64,000 nucleotides of DNA, taken from positions 124,001 through 188,000 of IMG/VR virus record IMGVR_UViG_3300046808_001241; one strand, 5' to 3'. Position 1 is the first letter of the stretch, and every line of letters starts with the position of its first letter. Positions 48,281 to 58,148 of the stretch are shown here, piece after piece. The translations under genes and the position numbers were made by a program. The notes under the pieces are model-generated. The model saw nothing but the letters and a program-made list of their open reading frames with translations. It was not told the origin of the DNA and did not search any database.

Positions 48281-50095
48281 TTAACGACTAACTTCTTCCC
48301 AATCCATAGAAGCAAGCATTCCCGAACCATTAACAGTATCCGTAGAAGCAACTAAAGTAATTTCATATGGAGTCTTTGTTAAATTGTTTCGTTCTAATTG
48401 GAATTTGAATAAAGCCTCTTTAAGAATATCTAAGTTTGGAGAGCCTTGGTTAGAAGCATTCAAGAAGCCACTTGCAAGGATTCTTCCTCCTGCATAGCTT
48501 GTTCCGGTTATATTATACTCAACAGCGCTGTCATCCCCAGCATCAACCCAACTTCCTCCGCTTGTAGCACCGCTAGCTTTTATTTGCCAATTATAGTTAA
48601 TGCCATTTCCTGTTCCAAGAATTGACAGAGCGGTAAGAATAACAATGGCATCTAACCTATCAGGAGTTGTTTTTAACTTAATTGAAATAATTGGATAATA
48701 CGTATTTGTTGCTGCAAATGTTCTTGGTGTAGTAATTGGAATGCTGACTGCTTGTTGCAGACCTCTTAGTTCGTAACCGCCTTCAGAAATTACTGTGGAG
48801 CAGACTTGTTTTAGAGTGCGAGAACCAGACGTTGCACCTTTATTAGTAATTTCATATCTTAAAGGTAAGGAAGCAGTTGTAATGTATGTAGAAGCAATTA
48901 AATTTGCGTGATGGAATGAATGACAGACAACGAATTGACCATTAATAACAAGGCCACATCTTACCGTTCCGACCCCAAGCCATTCAATATCCATCCAAAA
49001 GATTTGAGCTTTTGTAATGTCAAGCGTGAGACCAGAAGGGCCGTTTCCGTCAAGTTTGTCCCCATTCCATGCAGAAAGAGGAACAATTGTTTCAGAGGAA
49101 GGAGAGCCATTAACAAGACTTCTTTCAACAAAGCTAATTGTTCCATCATCCAGCTGAATATAAATTCCATTATCTTGGCCAAAGTAACCAACTCTTTGTC
49201 GAAGATTGGTTGCAGAAGGAGCCATGATAAACGTGTTCATGACTTGTAAAGATTTCCCAGCTTGATAGCTAAAGACTTTTGTTGTTTCCCGGATGACAGA
49301 AGAACCAGACAAGTTACTGACTGTCATGTCAATCAATCCTTGATTTTGGTTGAATGAGGTAGAACCCCCGACTGCAGTTAAAGAAGACCAAAGATTGTTG
49401 TCTCGATACCTGTGAGAAGAATCAAACAAGGTTAGAGGACTGGATGTTCTTAGACGACCAAATGCATCAAAGGTTGGAGAGTGCGCAAAAGTAACAGGAA
49501 ACCCAACAGAAGGATCAACGGTTGCAGTAATTGGATTTGTTACATTAACATTTAAAGATGACGTTGCAGAAACAACAGTTACATTATTATTGTTGAGATC
49601 TTTTAAAGCAATTGAGTTAAGAACATTAACTCCAGTCGTTGGATTAGTAACGGTAATAGAACCAGAGACTCCAACAGTATTAGAAATATTAACAGCAGTT
49701 ACTGGAGCAACTTCAAAGACTCTTAGAGCACTCAGAGTTTTATTGACTGCTGCAAAGTTCCCAGCTTTGTCCCCAATTGTTATGTCATCAACAGAAGATT
49801 CTAAGTCCTGAGTAAGAACCTTGAGAGCATTTCCTTCTGAACCTCCTAATTGAACGATGGTAGCTCGAATTGTATGATTGACTCCATCTGTTAGTTCTAC
49901 TGCTCCAATGTTAATATCCGAAGCACTTAAAGAGATTGAAAGATCGCTTAAGTTTGTAATATAACCAGCACGAGCAAATAAAGGTCTATTGGCATCGTTT
50001 TCAACAGGAACCCAAGAAAATGTTTCGGCCATTCCAACATTATATGAAGGAGGTTGACCAGGAGTGCCAGTAAGTTTTGGAGTAAGAGTAGCCAT
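48281..50095 (-). CDS. Virion structural protein
   Basis: N-terminus shared with 2826..3443; DAFGRLR.S.P.TLFDS, RET..VF.YQ.GKS, WLGVG.VR.G domain seen in phage structural proteins; GATAAGTA at 50103-50110. Confidence 0.65.
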   Translation of the reverse strand: MATLTPKLTGTPGQPPSYNVGMAETFSWVPVENDANRPLFARAGYITNLSDLSISLSASDINIGAVELTDGVNHTIRATIVQLGGSEGNALKVLTQDLESSVDDITIGDKAGNFAAVNKTLSALRVFEVAPVTAVNISNTVGVSGSITVTNPTTGVNVLNSIALKDLNNNNVTVVSATSSLNVNVTNPITATVDPSVGFPVTFAHSPTFDAFGRLRTSSPLTLFDSSHRYRDNNLWSSLTAVGGSTSFNQNQGLIDMTVSNLSGSSVIRETTKVFSYQAGKSLQVMNTFIMAPSATNLRQRVGYFGQDNGIYIQLDDGTISFVERSLVNGSPSSETIVPLSAWNGDKLDGNGPSGLTLDITKAQIFWMDIEWLGVGTVRCGLVINGQFVVCHSFHHANLIASTYITTASLPLRYEITNKGATSGSRTLKQVCSTVISEGGYELRGLQQAVSIPITTPRTFAATNTYYPIISIKLKTTPDRLDAIVILTALSILGTGNGINYNWQIKASGATSGGSWVDAGDDSAVEYNITGTSYAGGRILASGFLNASNQGSPNLDILKEALFKFQLERNNLTKTPYEITLVASTDTVNGSGMLASMDWEEVSR

Positions 50096-50112
50096 TTAGG
50101 CTTACTTATCGC

Positions 50113-50319
50113 TTAAACTTCTTTTGCCCAACTGCGCGGAGTCATTTCAAATCCAAGATCTTTAATGGTTTTGTTGGTATTTCCGCTCAATTCAATTTGA
50201 TATGTTTCAACTGGAGCTTGGCAAGTGTTTGCAGCAGTTTCGTCAGTATAGACATTGCAAATAGCAAAGTCAAAACCTTTTTCAGGATCAATATTAATTA
50301 TGTCGATTCGATGTAGCAT
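50113..50319 (-). CDS. Hypothetical protein
   Basis: 68 aa with a TAAATA box upstream. Confidence 0.55.
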   Translation of the reverse strand: MLHRIDIINIDPEKGFDFAICNVYTDETAANTCQAPVETYQIELSGNTNKTIKDLGFEMTPRSWAKEV

Positions 50320-50334
50320 AATGTTATTTAGTAT

Positions 50335-51711
50335 TTAAAATTTATTATTAAACGGAGAAGTAACAAAATTCATATCAAGAGAAACCGTGTCATATGTATT
50401 TGTTGGATCGTAGATGCGGGCGGTTGTGCTGTCATGTGGAACGCAAAATACTTTTCCGTTTTGCATGAGTACTGCACCAAATCCTGACCCTCCTCCAGTA
50501 AAAACTGCACTTGAAGTGATTAAAGTATCCGATACAGGATCGTATATCTTGGCATTTGTTGTAGATGCGTAGGATAAAGGTGGAATGAACACTTTTCCAT
50601 TAGGAAGAATAACTCCACCAGCAGCAAACAAACCTCCTGGATATGTTCCGCTTGGTACAGTAGTTGTATCCGTTATAGGATCATAAATCCTAGCAGTAGT
50701 GTTAGAAGCAGGAACGCAAAAAACTTTTCCGTTAGGTAATAGAACTGCTCCTAGAGAAGAACTGCTTGATGCAAATGTTCCGCTTGGAGTAGTTAAGGTG
50801 TCTGTAACAGGATCATAAATTCTTGCAGTAGGACCATCTTCAGGATTGCAAAATACTCTACCGTCTGAAAGAAGTACTGCTCCCGAAAAAGAATATGCTG
50901 GAAACGTTCCACCCGCAATAGTTGATGAATTTGTTGACGGATTATAAATTACAGATGGTCCAGAAGTACCCATGTGTCTTAGACAATAAACTCTACCGTC
51001 TGGAAGTAATACTCCTCCATAATAATTATCAGGAAAACTTCCACCAGCAATACTTACGGTATCTGTAGTGGGATTGTATATTCTAGGACTATTACCTTGA
51101 TTTGGGATACAAAATACTCTTCCATCTGGAAGCAAAACTCCCCCATTCGAAAAATAACCTCCTGGATACGTTCCGTTCGGAACGGTTGTAGTATTGGTTA
51201 TTGGATCATATATTCTAGCTGTAGTGCTAAAGCAAGGAACACAAAACACTCTTCCGTCTCGCATTAGAACTCCTCCAATAAAAGCGGACCCACCCGGAAA
51301 GGTCCCATTTGGAGTAGTCAATCGATCCCCAACAATCACATCGTTATTCCTAATAGTATCTAACAAGGCAGCTCTATAATTGACCCATCCAGACCCAATT
51401 TGATTATTTGTAGCGCTTGTTTGAGGAGTTGAGTTCCAAGTTGGAAATGGTCTTGCTCCTCCCCATTGCGTCCCATTGAATGTCATCATCTGACCAGAAG
51501 AAGCTCCAGAAACGCTAACAACTGCTGATAAGACTTTTGAAGTGCTTTGATAAGTCAAATCAATATTAGCAGAATCAACAATATTTAAACTTCCTCCAGT
51601 AGCAGATAAGCTTAAAAGGTTTGCAGAAAGTGTTTGGAAAGCTCCATTGAGATATTCAAGAGAGTCCCCAATACATTGATCTTCAGAAATTGGAATGCCA
51701 GCGAGTGTCAT
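50335..51711 (-). CDS. CIGDSL anchor plus 7-bladed kelch-like beta-propeller (paralog A)
   Basis: Seven G(G/A)VL..(D/N)G(R/K)V...RIY(D/N)P blades. Confidence 0.8.
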   Translation of the reverse strand: MTLAGIPISEDQCIGDSLEYLNGAFQTLSANLLSLSATGGSLNIVDSANIDLTYQSTSKVLSAVVSVSGASSGQMMTFNGTQWGGARPFPTWNSTPQTSATNNQIGSGWVNYRAALLDTIRNNDVIVGDRLTTPNGTFPGGSAFIGGVLMRDGRVFCVPCFSTTARIYDPITNTTTVPNGTYPGGYFSNGGVLLPDGRVFCIPNQGNSPRIYNPTTDTVSIAGGSFPDNYYGGVLLPDGRVYCLRHMGTSGPSVIYNPSTNSSTIAGGTFPAYSFSGAVLLSDGRVFCNPEDGPTARIYDPVTDTLTTPSGTFASSSSSLGAVLLPNGKVFCVPASNTTARIYDPITDTTTVPSGTYPGGLFAAGGVILPNGKVFIPPLSYASTTNAKIYDPVSDTLITSSAVFTGGGSGFGAVLMQNGKVFCVPHDSTTARIYDPTNTYDTVSLDMNFVTSPFNNKF

Positions 51712-51719
51712 GTTAGTAT

Positions 51720-53099
51720 TTATGAGCCAAAGTTTACATATGGACTAGTAACAAAATTCATATCAAGAGAAACTGATTGATACGTCGAAGTTGGATCGTA
51801 AATTCTTGCTGTAGTACCGTTGTGCACAAACACTTTTCCGTTTTGCATTAAAGTTAATCCACCATATGATACAGAGCTCATTCCTATATCTACTGAGCGA
51901 CTCGTATCTGTCAATGGATCGTAAATGTGAGCGCCACCACCAAATCCAACTATTAATACTTTTCCGTTTGGAAGAACACAGGCATCTCCAGAACCAAAAT
52001 TAGAGCCCCCACTTGGTGTAGATACTGTATTGGTTATTGGATCATATATTCTTGCTGGAGCTGGGCTTGTATCACTCGCTGTAGTATAACTAGTGCAAAA
52101 AACTTTTCCGTTTGGAAGTAAAACCACCTTTGACGTAAATTGAGGCAGCCCTCCAACGGTTGTAGTCGTTAATGTAGTGACAGGGTCATATATTCTTGCT
52201 GTACCGTCACCTGCAAAAATAGGCACAAATATTTTTCCGTCAGGAAGAAGTGTAGCTGATTGAGCATATGCTCCTCCGGAAACGTAGGCATAAATTGGCG
52301 TAGCAGGCACGAAAACAGTTCCTGTAACAGGATCCCAAATATGTGCATAGCCACTATAACCCGGAATAGTAAATATTTTTCCACTAGGTAAAACTATAGC
52401 AACTACTCCTTGACTCGTTAACCCAGACCAAGATCCAGAATTTGTAACTGTTTCGGTTACATAATCCCAAATAGCTGCTTGAGGAGCTGTATGTGGATTT
52501 ACAAATACTCTTCCGTCTGGAAGCAAACAAGCTCCAATATATTCCGGACCTCCAAACGTTCCACCTGGAACTGTAATGGCATTTGTAGAAGGATTATAAA
52601 TACGAGCTGTAGTTGTATTTACTGGAGGTAAAAATACTCTTCCGTCTTTAAGTAGAATTCCTCTAGACCATAATCCATTTATTGTTCCGCTTGGAGTAGT
52701 CAATCTATCCCCAACAATGTCCCTATTATTCCTAATAACATCAGTCAGAGCTCTTTGATAATTTAAAAATCCGCTATTGCCAATTTGGTTATTAACAGCG
52801 CTTGTTTGAGGAGTTGAGTTCCATGTCGGAAATGATCTTGCTCCAACAAATGCTGACAAAGTGCTGCTATAAGTCATTCTTTGACCGTCTTGAGCAGTCA
52901 GTGCTAAAGTTGCTGTCAAGGTCTTTGTTGAAGAATTATAATCCAAATCAATAGTTGAAGAATCTTTGGCAGACAACGCATTAAAGCTTGCAGAAACGCT
53001 ATAAACGTTTGTAGAAAGAGTTTGAAAAGCGCTATTAATATATTGAAGAGAATCGCTTATGCACTGATCTTCTGAAATTGGAATGCCATTAAGAACCAT
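51720..53099 (-). CDS. CIGDSL anchor plus 7-bladed kelch-like beta-propeller (paralog B, diverged blades)
   Basis: Seven LL..G(R/K)(V/I)F blades; same linker and C-terminus as A and C. Confidence 0.8.
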   Translation of the reverse strand: MVLNGIPISEDQCISDSLQYINSAFQTLSTNVYSVSASFNALSAKDSSTIDLDYNSSTKTLTATLALTAQDGQRMTYSSTLSAFVGARSFPTWNSTPQTSAVNNQIGNSGFLNYQRALTDVIRNNRDIVGDRLTTPSGTINGLWSRGILLKDGRVFLPPVNTTTARIYNPSTNAITVPGGTFGGPEYIGACLLPDGRVFVNPHTAPQAAIWDYVTETVTNSGSWSGLTSQGVVAIVLPSGKIFTIPGYSGYAHIWDPVTGTVFVPATPIYAYVSGGAYAQSATLLPDGKIFVPIFAGDGTARIYDPVTTLTTTTVGGLPQFTSKVVLLPNGKVFCTSYTTASDTSPAPARIYDPITNTVSTPSGGSNFGSGDACVLPNGKVLIVGFGGGAHIYDPLTDTSRSVDIGMSSVSYGGLTLMQNGKVFVHNGTTARIYDPTSTYQSVSLDMNFVTSPYVNFGS

Positions 53100-53103
53100 A
53101 ATG

Positions 53104-54492
53104 TTAGTATTTATTTACGAATGGGCTTGTTACAAAATTCGTATCAAGAGTAATTGGTTGATAAGAATCTGTTGGATCATAGATGCGGGCGGTTGTGCTG
53201 TCGCAAGGCACTAAAAACACTTTTCCGTTAGGAAGGAGAACACCTCCAAAAAAAGGAAAACCAAGAGGATAATTCCCACTCGGCGTAGTCAATGTATCGG
53301 TAACAGGATCATATATTTTCGCTGTTGTGTTATTATTATTCGGAATACAAAATACTTTTCCGTTTGGAAGAAGAACTCCTCCAAAAAAAGATCCAGAATA
53401 CGTTCCAGCAGGTATTGTCAATGTGTCTGTTACTGGATCATAAATACGAGCGGTTGTAGAGGTATTTGGAACACAAAATACTTTTCCGTTTGGAAGAAGA
53501 ACGCCTCCTGCAAAAGCTCCTGCTGTAGGATACGTTCCTGTAGGGGTCGTTAATGTGTCTGTTGCTGGATTGTAAATACGAGCAGTTGCAGAGTTGTGTG
53601 GAACAGAAAAAACTCTACCGTCACCAAGAAGAACGCCTCCTATAAAAGCAAAAGTTCCTGTAGGATATGTTACTGTAGGGATCGTTAATGTGTCTGTTGC
53701 TGGATTGTAAATACGGGCAGTTGTGGATTGATTAGCTGGAAGACAAAATACTCTACCGTCACCAAGAAGAACACCACCCCTAAAGGCTCCACCTCCAGGA
53801 TATGATCCTGTTGGAGTTGATACAGTATTTGTTATTGGATCATAAATACGAGCGGTAGTGCTATAATATGGTACACAAAAAACTTTTCCGTTTGGAAGAA
53901 GAACGCCTCCTGCAAAGGCATAATTTCCAGGATATGATCCTAATGGAGTTGATACAGTATCTGTTATTGGATCATAAATGCGAGCGGTTGTAGAGTTGCT
54001 CGGTACACAAAATACTTTTCCGTCTGGAAGAATAACTCCTCCTTCAAACGCCTCGCTTCCCGTGTAAGTCCCATTTGGAGTAGTCAACCTATCTCCACTA
54101 ATGTCCCTATTATTCCTAATAACATCAGTAAGTGCTCTTTGCCAGTTTGCAAAGCCATTAATAGATGTTCCACTTAATTGCAAATTTTGAGCACTTGTTG
54201 CGGGAGTCGAGTTCCATGTTGGAAAAGGTCTTTGATCAACCCACTTTTGCTGGACTGCATCATAAGTCAAAGTTTCACCAGCAGAAGCAGGTACAGAAAT
54301 TGTTGCAGAAAGAACTTTCGATGAGCTGTTATAAAATAGAGCAACTTGGTCATTGCTTAGCACATTTAAATTTGCAGCTCCTAATGAAATTCCTTTAACA
54401 TTTGCCGAGAGGGACAAAAAAGCATTGTTGATTGTGTCTAATGAATCTCCAATACAATCATTTTCGGAGATAGGAATGCCGGACAAAACCAT
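53104..54492 (-). CDS. CIGDSL anchor plus 7-bladed kelch-like beta-propeller (paralog C, near-identical blades)
   Basis: Seven GGV(L/I)L(P/G)(N/D)G(K/R)VF..P...TARIY(D/N)P.T.T blades of about 43 aa, with visible DNA repeats. Confidence 0.8.
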   Translation of the reverse strand: MVLSGIPISENDCIGDSLDTINNAFLSLSANVKGISLGAANLNVLSNDQVALFYNSSSKVLSATISVPASAGETLTYDAVQQKWVDQRPFPTWNSTPATSAQNLQLSGTSINGFANWQRALTDVIRNNRDISGDRLTTPNGTYTGSEAFEGGVILPDGKVFCVPSNSTTARIYDPITDTVSTPLGSYPGNYAFAGGVLLPNGKVFCVPYYSTTARIYDPITNTVSTPTGSYPGGGAFRGGVLLGDGRVFCLPANQSTTARIYNPATDTLTIPTVTYPTGTFAFIGGVLLGDGRVFSVPHNSATARIYNPATDTLTTPTGTYPTAGAFAGGVLLPNGKVFCVPNTSTTARIYDPVTDTLTIPAGTYSGSFFGGVLLPNGKVFCIPNNNNTTAKIYDPVTDTLTTPSGNYPLGFPFFGGVLLPNGKVFLVPCDSTTARIYDPTDSYQPITLDTNFVTSPFVNKY

Positions 54493-54500
54493 GTGTATAT

Positions 54501-56489
54501 TTATTGGTTAAAATCCGTTTTCCAACCAAGTACATGAATTGGAATTAACATTTCGTCATTTGTTGCAGCTAGTGAACCTTCTGCTAAACTATTTCCTGGA
54601 CGCTTAACAAAGAATCTTACTATTTGACCTTCTTTGTTTCCTTTAAAATCTGTAGAAAGAGATGCAAAAGTTGTATAATTTATAATTCCATACTGAGCTG
54701 GATAAGCCGAAACTCTAACAACTTCGGTATTTGCAAAATCAAAATTATAATCAGTTCCTTGAGAAACTAATTTACCACCAAAATCCCATGAAACACTAGA
54801 AAGAGGAACTGTAGAAATACCACCTTCAACATCGCTGATCATTGCAAGATTGTATCTAAAATTGTTATTAACTTTTGAGAAATTACCTCCAACAAGAACT
54901 GAATTTTGATACTTCGTCAATGAACTATTGATTAAAGAAGGACCGTTCTGAATAGTTGGCTTCCAGTAAACATATTCCCCAGTTGATGTATCAGAAGTAA
55001 AGCTAGTCTTTTTAACAGAGCAGAGATAACTTTGGTGCTCGTCATTAATTCTTGTGAATCTTCCGTAGCAATAGATTTCAGAATTCGTGTCTTGATCTTG
55101 AGTTACGAAAGAAGTTACAGGACCATTAAACTTTGGTTTCCAAACTGGTTGAATTAACAATGAATTAGTTTGAATCTTATAAGAGACTGCATTGTAGTAA
55201 ACTGTCTGTGCTCCATTATCCCTTGGATTTGAGTTAAATTCAGAATCTGTAAAGCATCTGGAAAATTCACCACCAACATAAAGATAGATTGAACCACCAT
55301 CAGACGTTGTATCATCCACAGTTAGAGTGTAAACTGGACCATTAATAATTGGCTTCCAAGCAGCAAGTCTAACACCATTTTCGTCAATACAGCAAAGATT
55401 TTGACATGTTAGTGTTGTATTGGTGTTAATTTTAAACTGACCTCCGACAAAAATCTTTGTTCCAGAGTATGCAATAGAATTGATCGTACAAGGACCAGAG
55501 AAAATTGAAGAAATGTCAGATAACGAAGCTATTGGGTTTGATACAACAGTTGTTAAATCAATTCTGAATAACCCATTGGAAGTTAATCTAAGTCCAGAAA
55601 CAACAGAAGCACTTTGTGTTCCATAGTTAACATAGTCAAAAGCTCCTCCAACAAACAAGTAATTTCCAATAATTTGTACAGAGTTTACAGAGCCGTTAAC
55701 ATAAAATGGATAAGAGACTCCTGTGCTCTTATTATAGAGACAAAGACCTCTTCCTTTAAAGCCTCCTTGGAATGAACCGCCAACGATTAAGAAAGTAGAA
55801 TTAGAAGCAATTGTATCAACAGAACCCAGAGGACCTAAGTCACCTCCAGTTGAGAATGGATTAGAAATATACGAACCAGTAGCTGATAAAAGAGGCTCCA
55901 CTGCTCCAGCACTCAAGCTGATGACGCCAAATTTTCTTGAAACCGTTCCTCCAATTTCTAAAAATTCCCCACCAACATAAAGATCTGTTCCATCAACAAG
56001 TAAACTATTAACTGTATTATCAAACCAGATTGGACCTCTGGAAGAAACGGAAGAAGCACTATTCAAAGCATAGACTGTCATTCCATCAACTCCGGAAGCA
56101 GTCCACAGAAGGGTTACTTGAGGAATTCGATCGGTCAAGCAAATTGTAGAAAATGTTGCAAGAGGCTTTGGATCGGATGTTGAACTAACATATGGGAACG
56201 TCGTAACTTTTACAGAAGTTCCGTCAAGAAGAGAAATTGTAGAAGGAGAAGCAATAGAGGTTGATTCAAAATCCGTTTGCCAAGTAAAAGAATTCTTAGT
56301 AGAGATTTGAACTTCGTGTCTTTGTTGTTCCGTAATAGACTCTTCGATCATCGTTCCCAATCCAGCAATAACAGAAGGAACTTCACACAAGCCTTGATCA
56401 AGAGCAGAAAAATTAGTATTAAATGTTACTAAAGAATCTCCAATGCATTGATTGGCTCCAACTTGTTGTGTAAAATTACAAACTGACAT
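54501..56489 (-). CDS. CIGDSL anchor plus beta-propeller fibre protein
   Basis: QCIGDSLVTFNTNFSALDQGLC; repeated LYVGGEF/IVGGSF/FVGGAF/VGGNF blades. Confidence 0.75.
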   Translation of the reverse strand: MSVCNFTQQVGANQCIGDSLVTFNTNFSALDQGLCEVPSVIAGLGTMIEESITEQQRHEVQISTKNSFTWQTDFESTSIASPSTISLLDGTSVKVTTFPYVSSTSDPKPLATFSTICLTDRIPQVTLLWTASGVDGMTVYALNSASSVSSRGPIWFDNTVNSLLVDGTDLYVGGEFLEIGGTVSRKFGVISLSAGAVEPLLSATGSYISNPFSTGGDLGPLGSVDTIASNSTFLIVGGSFQGGFKGRGLCLYNKSTGVSYPFYVNGSVNSVQIIGNYLFVGGAFDYVNYGTQSASVVSGLRLTSNGLFRIDLTTVVSNPIASLSDISSIFSGPCTINSIAYSGTKIFVGGQFKINTNTTLTCQNLCCIDENGVRLAAWKPIINGPVYTLTVDDTTSDGGSIYLYVGGEFSRCFTDSEFNSNPRDNGAQTVYYNAVSYKIQTNSLLIQPVWKPKFNGPVTSFVTQDQDTNSEIYCYGRFTRINDEHQSYLCSVKKTSFTSDTSTGEYVYWKPTIQNGPSLINSSLTKYQNSVLVGGNFSKVNNNFRYNLAMISDVEGGISTVPLSSVSWDFGGKLVSQGTDYNFDFANTEVVRVSAYPAQYGIINYTTFASLSTDFKGNKEGQIVRFFVKRPGNSLAEGSLAATNDEMLIPIHVLGWKTDFNQ

Positions 56490-56497
56490 GATGTTAT

Positions 56498-56704
56498 TTA
56501 TTCAACCACTTCTACAACAGAAGCAGGAATCCCTACAAACAACCCACCATATACTGGAAAGTTTGCATTATAGTAAGTGTCTCCGTCTTGTAAAAAAGTG
56601 GCTTTAACTTCTCCAGCTTCTCCGTTTAATGCATCACTAATGTCATCCCATTTTGCGCCAAATTCTGAGACCAGTCCCGTTTTTTTTATTTTAATTTTAG
56701 ACAT
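56498..56704 (-). CDS. Hypothetical protein
   Basis: 68 aa, overlapping the upstream stop. Confidence 0.5.
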   Translation of the reverse strand: MSKIKIKKTGLVSEFGAKWDDISDALNGEAGEVKATFLQDGDTYYNANFPVYGGLFVGIPASVVEVVE

Positions 56705-57371
56705 AAAATATATTCATTACCATGCTATTTGCTGCTTGAGCGTTAGTATTGTTGTTGTCAGCAATTCCCGCTACTATTCTAAATGAAATTCCATTCTGGA
56801 ATTTAAAACCAGATGTTGGCCACCTAAGTCCTCCTCCACCTGCAAAGGTTTGGTACCAAAGCGACCAAGCAATTACAAAAATAGGAATGTCTGCAGAAGT
56901 TGGAGTAGTGGCTTTATCATAAAGTTTCAAATACATCATGGTTCCGTCATTTGAGGGCCATGAATTATAAGTTCCAGCTGAAAATGACATTTCCCCTATA
57001 ATTCCAGGCGAAGCTTTAACTACTGTAGCGTTTGTGGTAGCAGCATTAGTGTATCTAAAAATACTTGAATAACCTTCGACAGCAGGAGAAGAATCTATAA
57101 CTAATTGCGGAGTATCATAGATTACTTGTAGTTGATCTCCAGAAGAATGAGTGGATGTATCAACTTTAAGAGTTAAGACTTTTGTTCCGCTGTTCCAACT
57201 AAAGTAACCTGTACTAGATTGACCGGTTGCATAAAGAAGCGTTCCTCTTGTTTGATTAAGAACAGCAAGAAGACCAGCTATGTTAAATCCATTAACAGCG
57301 GAAAAGTCAAGAGTTCCAGCGTTTGCTGCACCTGGCGTAAAAGTGGGATTGGTTGATAGTATAGATTTCAT
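56697..57371 (-). CDS. Virion structural protein
   Basis: Y/FTF.P....G.L.F....LL.V.N.T....LY...D N-terminal pattern; C-terminal YLKLYDKAT.PT...P...F..GI module. Confidence 0.6.
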   Translation of the reverse strand: MKSILSTNPTFTPGAANAGTLDFSAVNGFNIAGLLAVLNQTRGTLLYATGQSSTGYFSWNSGTKVLTLKVDTSTHSSGDQLQVIYDTPQLVIDSSPAVEGYSSIFRYTNAATTNATVVKASPGIIGEMSFSAGTYNSWPSNDGTMMYLKLYDKATTPTSADIPIFVIAWSLWYQTFAGGGGLRWPTSGFKFQNGISFRIVAGIADNNNTNAQAANSMVMNIFYV

Positions 57372-57379
57372 ATATTAAT

Positions 57380-57616
57380 TTATCCAAAAATTAAAGCATA
57401 AGGAATGAGAGGAGCTTCTGCAGAAAGAGTCCTTGTGTAAGAATCAAAAGTTAGATCAACTGTTGGACTGTCGACAACATTAAAAGAATCTACAGCAGTT
57501 AATAGCTGACAAACATTATTCCCAAGCACGGAAAAATTCGAGTTGATCTTGGGAAGAGAGTCACCAATACACTCAGTACCTAAAATTGTTTGAATGGGAT
57601 TCTGTACACAAGACAT
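57380..57616 (-). CDS. Stand-alone CIGDSL anchor protein (78 aa)
   Basis: ECIGDSLPKINSNFSVLGNNVC...VVDSPTVDLTFDSYTRTLSA then LIPYALIFG*; GATAAATA at 57626-57633. Confidence 0.75.
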   Translation of the reverse strand: MSCVQNPIQTILGTECIGDSLPKINSNFSVLGNNVCQLLTAVDSFNVVDSPTVDLTFDSYTRTLSAEAPLIPYALIFG

Positions 57617-57624
57617 AATAACAA

Positions 57625-58095
57625 TTATTTATCGTCGATTTTCAGAATTTCTTCATTTTCCGGCATTATTAGCTTCTTCATAATTTCTTCGCGAGAAGCT
57701 ACGAGAATGTTGTTGTTAGTGACTTGCTTTGGAGCTTGATTAAGTTGAGCAATTTCTTTTCTTCCTTCAATCCTTACTCGTTCTAGTTGTTCGTCCCTAT
57801 CTGCTTTTTTGTCAATTAAATTTGTTTTATTCAAAGCATCTAACATTTGAGCAGTAGAAGCAATGAGTTTGGCTAATGCTTCAACGTCTTTTGCATCCCC
57901 GGAACTTGTTGTAGCTTGAGTCAAATCTTGCACAGCTCCAACACTTGCTTCAATAACAGCTTTGGTCTTGTTTAAAAAATATTGTTCCGTATCTTCTTTA
58001 TTAAGCACTGGATCTGTTTCGAATGCCTTTTTTGTATTTGGTGCAGGCATTTCGAATGAACTTAATTCATCGAGAAGTGTTTGGATATCGTCCAC
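57625..58095 (-). CDS. Probable terminase small subunit, T4 gp16-like
   Basis: Helical core (A..D....G.AK.VEALAKLI) and C-terminal VTNNNILVASREEIMKKL, resembling gp16 TNN..F.GST.EL. Confidence 0.6.
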   Translation of the reverse strand: MDDIQTLLDELSSFEMPAPNTKKAFETDPVLNKEDTEQYFLNKTKAVIEASVGAVQDLTQATTSSGDAKDVEALAKLIASTAQMLDALNKTNLIDKKADRDEQLERVRIEGRKEIAQLNQAPKQVTNNNILVASREEIMKKLIMPENEEILKIDDK

Positions 58096-58113
58096 GAATA
58101 TTATTTAGCACAG

Positions 58114-58142
58114 TTGACTTGTTTTGAAAAGGTTTTATATTA
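58114..58142 (+). promoter_or_regulatory. Possible sigma70-type promoter
   Basis: TTGACT-16/17nt-TATATT/ATATTA before the ATG at 58149. Confidence 0.45.
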
Positions 58143-58148
58143 ATTCTG

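Noticed and set aside
53150-54100. CRISPR-like regularly spaced DNA repeats
   Set aside because: The period is about 129 nt, entirely in frame within a propeller gene, and there are no unique spacers.
5967-54492. Diversity-generating retroelement, suggested by Mtd_N domains and repeated fibre genes
   Set aside because: No reverse transcriptase is in the window and I saw no template/variable repeat pair with adenine-specific mismatches; the repeats are in-frame coding duplications. A DGR elsewhere in the genome is not excluded.
57360-57400. Programmed frameshift or readthrough fusing 57380..57616 to 56697..57371
   Set aside because: No slippery sequence is evident, and the downstream gene has its own ATG with an ATAAATTA-like box.
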